From a virus, in IMG/VR virus record IMGVR_UViG_3300027909_000011, positions 1-47,070 of that record: 47,070 bases of DNA. The stretch is one strand, 5' to 3'. How positions within the stretch are numbered: position 1 is the first letter of the stretch; the number at the start of each line of letters is the position of its first letter. Positions 35,928 through 43,217 of the stretch are shown piece after piece. Below the pieces are notes generated by a model. The model saw nothing but the letters and a program-made list of their open reading frames with translations. It did not search any database and was not told the DNA's origin. Position numbers and translations under genes: made by a program.

Positions 35928-36311
35928 ATGATGACACTTTATGACCATGCTCGAACAGAATTGGAATTACTAGGTGAAGAACCGGAAGTTATCGACTGGT
36001 TTATCCGTGTTATTGATGAATTTGCGTCATTTGGCCATTCTGGGGGATCAGCCTCAATCTGCATCCCGATCCTTAACAAACTCCTGCGTTTTGAAAACCT
36101 CACCCCTCTTACAGATGATCCGAAAGAATGGATCGATGTAGCCGAATACTCAGGATTTAAATGGTGGCAGAATGCCCGTAATGGGGAGGCATTCTCGAAA
36201 GATGGAGGAAAGACATACACATTGCTTAGTGAGCGTAAATTTAAGTCATGGAAAAATCTTTGGTTAGCCAGAACACCAGTCCATAAATCTGAGAAGAAAC
36301 AAAATGCCTAG
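35928..36311 (+). CDS. Hypothetical protein
   Basis: ATG 35928 is preceded by GGAG with a 7-nt spacer. The track start at TTG 35922 overlaps the HNH stop. Confidence 0.55.
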   Translation: MMTLYDHARTELELLGEEPEVIDWFIRVIDEFASFGHSGGSASICIPILNKLLRFENLTPLTDDPKEWIDVAEYSGFKWWQNARNGEAFSKDGGKTYTLLSERKFKSWKNLWLARTPVHKSEKKQNA

Positions 36312-36459
36312 ATGGATGATTTGGGTAATCGGCTTATTTCTTGCGTACTTTCTTTGGAGAGCACCAACAGCCGCAGCCGATGCAGTAACAGGTATAGCCA
36401 ACGGTGTTGGATCATTCTTTGATTCAATCACAATCTTTCTAAGACGAGTTATCACTTGA
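36304..36459 (+). CDS. Small membrane protein (51 aa, not in the track)
   Basis: The product is MPRWMIWVIGLFLAYFLWRAPTAAADAVTGIANGVGSFFDSITIFLRRVIT, with one clear TM helix. Its start overlaps the previous stop. Confidence 0.35.
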   Translation: MPRWMIWVIGLFLAYFLWRAPTAAADAVTGIANGVGSFFDSITIFLRRVIT

Positions 36460-36484
36460 CACACCATCTAGTGTGTGCTACACT
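36456..36484 (+). promoter_or_regulatory. Promoter TTGACA-N17-(TGc)TACACT
   Basis: CACTTGACAcaccatctagtgtgtgcTACACTaga has the same design and the same 9-mer TGCTACACT as 27711..27739. It lies 23 nt upstream of ATG 36507, which has a GAAAGGA ribosome-binding site. Confidence 0.65.
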
Positions 36485-36506
36485 AGATGTATTGAAAGGA
36501 ACCCCG

Positions 36507-36758
36507 ATGCCGGGTATCGATTGGATTCATTTGCCGCAGGAAGTTGAAGATGCGGTATGTATGTGCCGAAGTAAAGGAAAGGAGGACAGGAAGGGATATT
36601 CACTTGACCCGAAATCAGGATATTGGGTTCATGACTGCGGAAAGCCAGAGTTAAGAGTCGCAGTCCAAAAGTGTGATCTTTGTGACAAAGTCTTCGTACC
36701 AAAAACCTACAAAGAGGTTAAATACTCCTACATGGGAATCTCTTGCTATGACCATTGA
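36507..36758 (+). CDS. Cys-rich (zinc-finger-like) protein
   Basis: Start moved to ATG 36507, because the track TTG start is the -35 box itself. The product is MPGIDWIHLPQEVEDAVCMCRSKG...HDCGKPE...CDLCDKVF... Confidence 0.55.
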   Translation: MPGIDWIHLPQEVEDAVCMCRSKGKEDRKGYSLDPKSGYWVHDCGKPELRVAVQKCDLCDKVFVPKTYKEVKYSYMGISCYDH

Positions 36759-37671
36759 TCTTATCCCCACTGAGTTAGGTGATGCACGCATTATCTCAAA
36801 TACTGAGGTTGACAACTTCGGTACTTGTGAGCGCAAGCACCTTTTCTCTTTTATCTTCAACAAAGAACCACGCCAGCCCGGACGTTCTCTTGGTATTGGT
36901 ATTCTCGGACACGAGATATTGGCCGTCTACTACCGTGCCATCAAGGCAGGAATGAGTAAGGATGAAGCGGAGAGGGAAGCACTTAAAGACCTCACGCAAA
37001 TGTTCATGGATGGTAACAATGATCCAGAAGTGCTTTCAATGGTCCACGCCCTCGTCACCCGATACATTGCCCAAGACGTCATCCCAGCAACGTGCGAAAT
37101 CATCGCAGTAGAGGAAGACTTTTACCTACCGATTAACAAAGAGTTTTGGTACGGTATGCGTCTCGATCTACTCGTCCGGGCTAAGGTGGGGAGGGAACGT
37201 GGCAAGTACATTCTGGTGGACCACAAATTCACCTATGATTTCTACACGGACGACGACCTCAAACTCAATCCGCAACTGCCAAAGTATGTTTCCGCTATCA
37301 GGTATGCTGGCATCCCGGTCAGTAATGGATATATTAATCAGTTGCGAACGAGGTTCCATGCGGGTCTCATTCCAAAGAAGTCTGATACTGATTTATTTAA
37401 TCGTGCTTCAATCAATCTTACAGAAGAAAGAGTCAAAAGTTCTCTGAACTACCAAATGATCCTTAGTAAGAGGATCATCGATCGCCAGAAGTTACCCCTA
37501 GAATTGCAGTTAGAAGAGGCCGTCCCGAAACTGAATAAGATGGTCTGTCGTAACTGTCCATTTAAACTGCCCTGTGAAATGATGAATGAGGGACGAGATA
37601 TTACTCGCACCCTTGAGGCTCATTACAAACCACGCTCTTACGGATACACAAAGGTAGAACTCGATGGATAA
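36748..37671 (+). CDS. PD-(D/E)xK nuclease, Cas4/RecB-family exonuclease with a four-Cys cluster
   Basis: Start at ATG 36748. The nuclease core is RLDLLVR...ILVDHKFT, with QLPKY (QhxxY). One N-terminal Cys (FGTCERKH) plus the C-terminal CRNCPFKLPC fit a Cas4-type Fe-S cluster. Confidence 0.7.
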   Translation: MTIDLIPTELGDARIISNTEVDNFGTCERKHLFSFIFNKEPRQPGRSLGIGILGHEILAVYYRAIKAGMSKDEAEREALKDLTQMFMDGNNDPEVLSMVHALVTRYIAQDVIPATCEIIAVEEDFYLPINKEFWYGMRLDLLVRAKVGRERGKYILVDHKFTYDFYTDDDLKLNPQLPKYVSAIRYAGIPVSNGYINQLRTRFHAGLIPKKSDTDLFNRASINLTEERVKSSLNYQMILSKRIIDRQKLPLELQLEEAVPKLNKMVCRNCPFKLPCEMMNEGRDITRTLEAHYKPRSYGYTKVELDG

Positions 37672-38527
37672 CGCTCGGCTACAGGCGCTGAATGATGCGT
37701 TTTTTGATCCAGACGAGCCCGATTATTGGAAGGGCCTTATCTATGGACGAGGAGGAGTGGGTAAGACTATCGCGGGAGGTTCGCTTTTCGAGAGCATCTT
37801 ATATCTTGCTGTTGATCCTGGTGGTAGTTCTAGTTTCCGCAATCATCCAGAATTAGGTTGGAAAACTCGAATTATCCCAATGCGGTACAAGGGCCTGTCG
37901 CAATTAGAAGCCTTGTCCGATGCATTTCTGGAACGAGTTGAGGGCTTCGATCATTTCGATACTCTGATGGTCGATACCGCTACTAATACTGGTGTACTTG
38001 ATCTTGATCTTGTGACTCGGGAACGAATGGGTTACAAGAAAAGGAAGGGTGATAACTTCGATTTCATGGACGACATGCTCGGAGTCTATAATCAGAACAC
38101 ATTCAGGCTAAAGGCTGCATACCTTAAGCTAATGTTGGCTCCGGTCAATATCGTTCTAATCGCCCATGATCGTGTATTCGATGACAAAGACGACACTGGC
38201 TATAAACTCATCCAACCAAAGTTCACACCAGAAGTTTATAAGACCATTGAGGGATACTGTACTCAGGTAATCCGTATGACTACGGCACGGCAAAAGGGTA
38301 GTGACGACAATGCCACGCCTGTGTATACTAGGAGAATGCAATTCCACCCCTCAGGAAATATAGTCGCCAAATCTCGCATCGGAGGATTGCCCGTAATTCA
38401 AGATGACCCCAACTTACGAGAGATTCTAACTAAGTGGCAAGAAGAAGGTTCCCCAACTTCACCACTTGATCCAAAGAAAATTGAAGAACAAAAGCTGGAA
38501 CTCGCTTCCTTCGGATTAGGACAATAA
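37664..38527 (+). CDS. RecA-like ATPase (AAA_24 / Sak4-like)
   Basis: 287-aa ORF with Walker A LIYGRGGVGKT and Walker B-like TLMVDTAT. It sits next to a DUF669-like gene, as in many phage recombination modules. Confidence 0.65.
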   Translation: MDNARLQALNDAFFDPDEPDYWKGLIYGRGGVGKTIAGGSLFESILYLAVDPGGSSSFRNHPELGWKTRIIPMRYKGLSQLEALSDAFLERVEGFDHFDTLMVDTATNTGVLDLDLVTRERMGYKKRKGDNFDFMDDMLGVYNQNTFRLKAAYLKLMLAPVNIVLIAHDRVFDDKDDTGYKLIQPKFTPEVYKTIEGYCTQVIRMTTARQKGSDDNATPVYTRRMQFHPSGNIVAKSRIGGLPVIQDDPNLREILTKWQEEGSPTSPLDPKKIEEQKLELASFGLGQ

Positions 38528-38528
38528 C

Positions 38529-39005
38529 ATGAGCCTTTTTGGCGAACTAGATGTTGCTGGTGCAAATGCTAACCCTTTCTTCCTTCCTGATGATACTTAT
38601 AAGTGCAAGATCATCGAGGCAGTAAAGCGGATTGCGAAGTCTAGTGGTAACCCTGGTCTCGCTATTACTTACCAGGTTATTGAGGGCCCCAAGAAGGGTC
38701 GCAAGATCAAGGAATGGAAGACCATTCCCCATCCTTACGAACTTGAGGGCTACAAGTCTGAGGAAGACCTCAAGAAGAAGAAGGGTGCTGACGACGAGGT
38801 TAAGGAAAAGGCTGAGCAGCAGATTTCCTTCCTTAAGCAGCGCATGGTTTCTCTTGGTATTCCTGATGAGATGCAGAACTCAGTGGAATCCAAGCATTTC
38901 CTTGAGGTCGGTTTAGTTGACGTGACGATTAAGAACTCCGAGGATCGCGTCAATGTGCAAAGCGTAAAGTTGGTGGAGGATAGCGCCGCTGACCCTTTCG
39001 CCTAG
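38529..39005 (+). CDS. DUF669-like protein (candidate ssDNA-binding protein)
   Basis: 158-aa ORF. The N-terminus NPFFLPDDTYKCKIIEA...GNPGLAITYQVIEGP and its position after the Sak4-like ATPase match the DUF669 pattern (recalled from memory, not searched). Confidence 0.45.
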   Translation: MSLFGELDVAGANANPFFLPDDTYKCKIIEAVKRIAKSSGNPGLAITYQVIEGPKKGRKIKEWKTIPHPYELEGYKSEEDLKKKKGADDEVKEKAEQQISFLKQRMVSLGIPDEMQNSVESKHFLEVGLVDVTIKNSEDRVNVQSVKLVEDSAADPFA

Positions 39006-39412
39006 GAACCACTGTAGAGTTCTAACAGGACGGGACTGGCGGCCCAGATGCTCCTGTTAGATCAAGAGGGTGGACTAGCTAAATACAAGGAAGGACTGGG
39101 CCCCGTCGATTTGCCGGGAATAAGCCACGCAGTCACTTAGCCAGGTTGCTAGTCAGTAAATGAAGTACTCTGGGTACAAACTACCAGCCCTCTCTTTAAT
39201 TCAATAGAGGAACGCCATCGCAGGGCGGTTTACGGTTCCTACCTGCGATGGGGTTGGAGATAATGATTTTGCCAACTGCCATTATCTCCAACGGCTACAG
39301 GGCTTTAGGATAGGACTTCCCGGAAACTGTGAAATAAGGGATACGTCGGGACCTAAAGTACTGCCCTTGGTGGATTCGACCCCACCTAAAGGTCACTGGC
39401 CCTGTAGCACAA
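39006..39412 (+). ncRNA. Candidate structured non-coding RNA or leader region upstream of tRNA-Leu
   Basis: 407 nt without an ORF. It has perfect stems of 10 bp (39021-30/39052-61), 10 bp (39215-24/39242-51) and 13 bp (39253-65/39280-92). A long-range stem (39294-39309 with 39385-39408) is built on the GGCTACAGGG/CCCTGTAGC pair. Confidence 0.3.
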
Positions 39413-39495
39413 GCCGATGTGGCGGAATGGTAGACGCAGCGGACTTAAAATCCGTGGTACACTAGTACATAAGGGTTCGAATCCCTTCATCGGTA
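39413..39495 (+). tRNA. tRNA-Leu(UAA): tRNA-Leu (anticodon UAA), class II with a long variable arm
   Basis: Folded by hand: acceptor GCCGATG/CATCGGT, anticodon arm GCGGA-CTTAAAA-TCCGT, 15-nt variable arm with a GTAC stem, T arm AAGGG-TTCGAAT-CCCTT. No CCA is encoded. Confidence 0.85.
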
Positions 39496-39517
39496 CGTCC
39501 ATCAATAAAGGAGAGAA

Positions 39518-40147
39518 ATGAAGAATAAAATCGTACTCGTCCTCGTTGCAGCGGTTGCTTTTTTCGGATTATCGACATTAGCAAGCACTGCGGCTGAGGC
39601 ACCTACAGTCACCACAAAGGTTACAGCCGAAGTTATTCACCCCTATTGGGATCAGGCTCGATGGCGTGATTGGCATAATGGTGGACCTGTCCCTTGGGTT
39701 TGTGTAGATAATCACTCACCTTTTGCTCTGCAAGTAATGGCAGAGCAATGGGACTACCAGATGAATGATGGCTATCTTTATTATGAAGATGGCAATAACT
39801 GCGCCAGTTTCTGGGAACGCGAAACTATTGATGTATTTGGTTCAGACTATCCAGGTGGTCCTTGTAGTTGGAAGTCAGTTACTTATGATGGCAATTACTA
39901 TGCCAATGTCAATATGTATATCAATACTGCAGACTCGATGGCTAGTACCTGCTTCTACTCCACCATTGCTAGTAATCACCGCAAGTCCGTAGCAATTGGT
40001 CAAGGACTAGGAGCCCAAACTTTCACTAAAATTTACTATGATGGTGAATGGCATCCAGGTGGTATTCATGTAATGGACAACGACCAAATCTGCTGTGTGT
40101 CCTATGCACAACAGCCTGATGGTCTGAATTGGGATTGGCGATACTAG
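39518..40147 (+). CDS. Secreted Trp/Tyr/Cys-rich protein, unknown function
   Basis: 209-aa ORF with a strong AAGGAG ribosome-binding site and a signal peptide (MKNKIVLVLVAAVAFFGLSTLASTAAEA). The mature part contains 8 Cys. It is flanked by two tRNA genes. Confidence 0.65.
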   Translation: MKNKIVLVLVAAVAFFGLSTLASTAAEAPTVTTKVTAEVIHPYWDQARWRDWHNGGPVPWVCVDNHSPFALQVMAEQWDYQMNDGYLYYEDGNNCASFWERETIDVFGSDYPGGPCSWKSVTYDGNYYANVNMYINTADSMASTCFYSTIASNHRKSVAIGQGLGAQTFTKIYYDGEWHPGGIHVMDNDQICCVSYAQQPDGLNWDWRY

Positions 40148-40156
40148 CAAGGCATA

Positions 40157-40228
40157 TGGGGATTAGTGTAATTGGCAGCACGAGAGATTTTGGATCTCTT
40201 AGTTAAGGTTCGAGTCCTTAATCCCCAG
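40157..40228 (+). tRNA. tRNA-Gln(UUG): tRNA-Gln (anticodon UUG)
   Basis: Folded by hand: acceptor TGGGGAT/ATCCCCA, D arm GTGT-AATTGGCA-GCAC, anticodon arm AGAGA-TTTTGGA-TCTCT, T arm TAAGG-TTCGAGT-CCTTA. Confidence 0.8.
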
Positions 40229-40261
40229 CGAGTAACACCCCAACTCGAAGGAAGGAGGGAA

Positions 40262-40375
40262 ATGAACGAGAAGGGAGTAGTGTACAACTCTGTTTTAATC
40301 ACAGTTGTTTTAGTACTTGCGGTTGTCGCATTAATCGTCTTCATTGTAGCCAATCTCGATGTTAACGTGAAGTAG
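40262..40375 (+). CDS. Small single-pass membrane protein (holin-like position)
   Basis: ATG 40262 follows GAAGGAGGGA. The product is MNEKGVVYNSVLITVVLVLAVVALIVFIVANLDVNVK (37 aa). It lies directly upstream of the endolysin. The longer track ORF from 40172 overlaps tRNA-Gln. Confidence 0.55.
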   Translation: MNEKGVVYNSVLITVVLVLAVVALIVFIVANLDVNVK

Positions 40376-40380
40376 GAAGA

Positions 40381-41334
40381 ATGCCTTGGTATCCAGGTGC
40401 TATAATTAAAAAGGTTACCAGGTTCAACCCTGGTGGCTCTAACGCATCGAAGCGTAAAAAGGGACGTGGAGTATGTAACCACGTCGCGGTCTCCGAGGCA
40501 GCCTCTTTATTCAATTACTTTAATCAACCTGGTAACCCCTGTAGCCATTTCTATGTACGTAGAGACGGCACCGTAGAACAGTATGTAGATACTGATTATG
40601 TCGCCCCTTGTAATTTGGATGGTAACCCTACTCTTTTGAGTATTGAGACTCAAGGAGGAGTTAATTCTCCCGAGACTGAGCCTTGGACCTCTGCCCAATT
40701 AAATTCTCAAATCAATCTTCACATTTGGCTACAGGGGGTCGACGGATTCCCAATTCAGTTAATGACCGATTCAAGGCCAGAGACTAAGGGTATTGGCTGG
40801 CATGAGTTAGGTATAGAACCTCACGTAGTGAGTGGCGGGGAACTCTGGTCCAGTGCCTATGGCAAGATTTGTCCGGGAAACAAGAAGATTGAACAAATCA
40901 AAACTGTCATCTATCCAGGAGTAAAGGAAGGCGGGGCAGATATGGACCTCACAGAGCAAAATCTAGATGACATCGCCCTAAGGGTTTGGAACTTCCTTAT
41001 TGCTGGCGAACAAGCTAAGACTCTTATGATGCGCCTTAATCCTGGACCAGATGCATTTGATGCCAGTGTCAGAGAGTCATCCTGGACTAAGGTAACTAGT
41101 TCACCTGTAGATGGCAGTGACATTAGCGTTCTTCAACTATTGCGTCTAGCCTATTCTGAGGCTCGTGCTGCGGCTAATGAACCACCTGTTACCATTGACT
41201 ATGCAGAACTCTCCACAATGATTTCTGAACAACTCGCACAAGACCTCGTCATTCCTCCTGTCACTCAAGAACAGATCGAATCCTCTCTCATTGCCGTCTT
41301 CAATAAGACGGGTTTTGTCGTCAACCCTGCTTGA
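40381..41334 (+). CDS. Endolysin, N-acetylmuramoyl-L-alanine amidase (Amidase_2/PGRP-type) with a C-terminal domain
   Basis: 317-aa ORF. NHVAVSE...CSHFYVRRDGTVEQYVD...LSIETQGG...GIGWHELG...KICPGNKKI fits the zinc amidase_2 pattern. Confidence 0.7.
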   Translation: MPWYPGAIIKKVTRFNPGGSNASKRKKGRGVCNHVAVSEAASLFNYFNQPGNPCSHFYVRRDGTVEQYVDTDYVAPCNLDGNPTLLSIETQGGVNSPETEPWTSAQLNSQINLHIWLQGVDGFPIQLMTDSRPETKGIGWHELGIEPHVVSGGELWSSAYGKICPGNKKIEQIKTVIYPGVKEGGADMDLTEQNLDDIALRVWNFLIAGEQAKTLMMRLNPGPDAFDASVRESSWTKVTSSPVDGSDISVLQLLRLAYSEARAAANEPPVTIDYAELSTMISEQLAQDLVIPPVTQEQIESSLIAVFNKTGFVVNPA

Positions 41335-41349
41335 CAACCGTGGTACACT
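41331..41349 (+). promoter_or_regulatory. Extended -10-like element TGGTACACT (TTGACA only 7 nt upstream) before the primase gene
   Basis: It shares TACACTAG with the 36479 promoter. The -35/-10 spacing is not canonical. Confidence 0.3.
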
Positions 41350-41404
41350 AGAAGGGTCAGCACATAAGGTTGGCCCTTTTAGTCAATGAAAGGGGAGAAG
41401 AGAC

Positions 41405-43186
41405 TTGACAGATGGCGTGATTAGTTTACGCCCGGAAGTCGAGTTGGATGAATTCTTTGAGTTTATGTGGGGTAAGAACTCTGGCTTTGTATATGCCCCA
41501 ATTAAATCGCCAGAAAGCGAGGACAAAGAAGGTGAGTGGGGAACCTTCTTTTTTCAATGGCCAGAGCAACGCACAGAACTCGTCCAGCACGTACTGACGT
41601 ACACTCCTGTAGCCGAGTGTTATTTTGGTCCAGCATTGTATCGTTCTCCAACGGAGGTATCAAAGGAGAATATCTATGGGTCCCAAGTATTATGGGCTGA
41701 ATTCGATGGTAACGCCCCTAAACCTGATGTCATCGGTGACAAGATTCCCCATCCCTCCCTCCGAATCAAATCGTCTAACGAGGGCCATGAGCATTTCTAC
41801 TGGCATCTTGACGATTTTCAGTCCGACCAAGAATTTATCGAAAGTACGAATCGAGCTATTACCTATACACTACATGCCGATTCGAGCGGTTGGGATTCCA
41901 CCCAAATATTACGGCCGCCTGGGACGAAAAATCATAAGCGTGGTAAGTTTGTCAGGGTTGTCTCACAAAACAGTGCTGAATATACAAAAGATCACTTCTC
42001 ACGACTTACTGTTCCCAAACAACTCGCTAAAGACTCCATCGAACTTGATGAAGTACCCGATGTATTATCAGTAGTAGCCAAGTATAAGTGGCCGACAGAA
42101 GAGTTCTTATTCTTCCGTAAGAATGAAATGGCAGTAGGGACTCGGTCCTCTGCCTTGATGCGCCTTGCCTACGTCTGTGCTGAACTGCGCATGTCTGACG
42201 AGGAAGCATTTTCGGTGCTATACAACGCCGATGAGCGGTGGCAAAAATTTGTAGGACGTAGGGACAGGGACAAGCGACTTCTTGACCTAATCAATAGAGC
42301 ACGGCACAAGTATCCACTTGATCCCGAAATAGTAGTAGATGATTTACAGGTATTGAGTTGGAATGAACTAAAAGAACAGGAAGTTTACGTAGACTGGTTA
42401 ATCCCTGGTATACTACAGCGACAGGGGCTATTGCTAATCTCTGGTAAGCCTGGGGTTGGCAAGACTCAGTTAATGATCCAAATGCTTATGTGCCAGGCTA
42501 TAGGTAAGCCAATGTTCCATTGGGAGATTACCCAACCTCGTAAGGTAATGTTCGTTTCTATGGAGATGAATGTTGTTGAGTTAAAGGTGATCCACCAAGA
42601 AATGGATTCGGTACTAACTGATGACGAACGAGCCTTACTCCAAGAAAACTTTAGATTCGTACCTATTGGACAGAGCCTCTTATTCGATTCAGATACTGAC
42701 AGAGCCAAAATACTACGAATGCTTGATCGCTACAAACCGGAGATTTCATCTTTCGACTCACTATCTAAGACTACTAAGGCGGCGCTCGATGAAACCAACT
42801 CTAAAGCTGTCATGGATTTTGCTGACGAAATGCGATTCAACTACGACACCACAGTCGGACTCATCCACCATAATAGAAAAGCCCAAGTAGGAAATCGCCG
42901 GCCCAAAGAACTAGACGACATCTATGGATCATTCTATCTAACCGCCAATCCTACCACAGTAATGAATATGTGGGCCAACGACAAGTCAATGGATATTGAA
43001 CTCAGTTTTCCTAAAGTCCGTCTCGCAAAACAACCAAAGAAACTTCACATTATGCGACAGCCCCGCGGATTAGTATTCGAGGAGATTGCCCCGAATGCTC
43101 TGATTAGGGAGAAGCCTGTAGATGACGGACCCAATGAGGGTGATCAACAAGAGCCCCCTTCTGGAAAAGCCAATCTCCAACTCTAA
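41405..43186 (+). CDS. Bifunctional AEP primase-polymerase / RepA-DnaB-like helicase
   Basis: 593-aa ORF with a TTG start after AGGGGAG. AEP motifs are LWAEFDG, SNEGHEHFYWHL and ILRPPGTKNHK. The C-terminal part has Walker A SGKPGVGKT, FVSMEM and LIHHNRK. Confidence 0.8.
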   Translation: MTDGVISLRPEVELDEFFEFMWGKNSGFVYAPIKSPESEDKEGEWGTFFFQWPEQRTELVQHVLTYTPVAECYFGPALYRSPTEVSKENIYGSQVLWAEFDGNAPKPDVIGDKIPHPSLRIKSSNEGHEHFYWHLDDFQSDQEFIESTNRAITYTLHADSSGWDSTQILRPPGTKNHKRGKFVRVVSQNSAEYTKDHFSRLTVPKQLAKDSIELDEVPDVLSVVAKYKWPTEEFLFFRKNEMAVGTRSSALMRLAYVCAELRMSDEEAFSVLYNADERWQKFVGRRDRDKRLLDLINRARHKYPLDPEIVVDDLQVLSWNELKEQEVYVDWLIPGILQRQGLLLISGKPGVGKTQLMIQMLMCQAIGKPMFHWEITQPRKVMFVSMEMNVVELKVIHQEMDSVLTDDERALLQENFRFVPIGQSLLFDSDTDRAKILRMLDRYKPEISSFDSLSKTTKAALDETNSKAVMDFADEMRFNYDTTVGLIHHNRKAQVGNRRPKELDDIYGSFYLTANPTTVMNMWANDKSMDIELSFPKVRLAKQPKKLHIMRQPRGLVFEEIAPNALIREKPVDDGPNEGDQQEPPSGKANLQL

Positions 43187-43217
43187 AGAGGACAGTGAAT
43201 TCCAAATCTTTCTGGGA

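Noticed and set aside
36456-36506. The TTG start of the track ORF 36456..36758.
   Set aside because: The TTG is the first half of the -35 box TTGACA of a near-consensus promoter. ATG 36507 with a GAAAGGA ribosome-binding site is the credible start.
39367-39390. GGTGGATTCGACCCCACC resembles a tRNA T-arm or the GGATTCGAC box near the tmRNA 5' end.
   Set aside because: I could not fold a complete tRNA: the T loop would be 8 nt, and there is no matching acceptor or anticodon arm. There is too little sequence for a tmRNA before tRNA-Leu begins. I kept it only as part of the structured-RNA finding.
39452-39465. The 14-nt string CCGTGGTACACTAG in the variable arm of tRNA-Leu is repeated at 41338-41351, followed nearby by ACATAAGG in both places. 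This looks like a tRNA fragment or att-like core.
   Set aside because: A few exact 14-mer repeats are expected by chance in 47 kb (N^2/2 divided by 4^14 is about 4). No integrase is present. The shared part overlaps the common TGGTACACT promoter-like word.
40172-40261. The upstream part of the track ORF 40172..40375.
   Set aside because: It overlaps tRNA-Gln (40157..40228). The internal ATG 40262 has a strong GAAGGAGG ribosome-binding site and yields a clean single-TM peptide.
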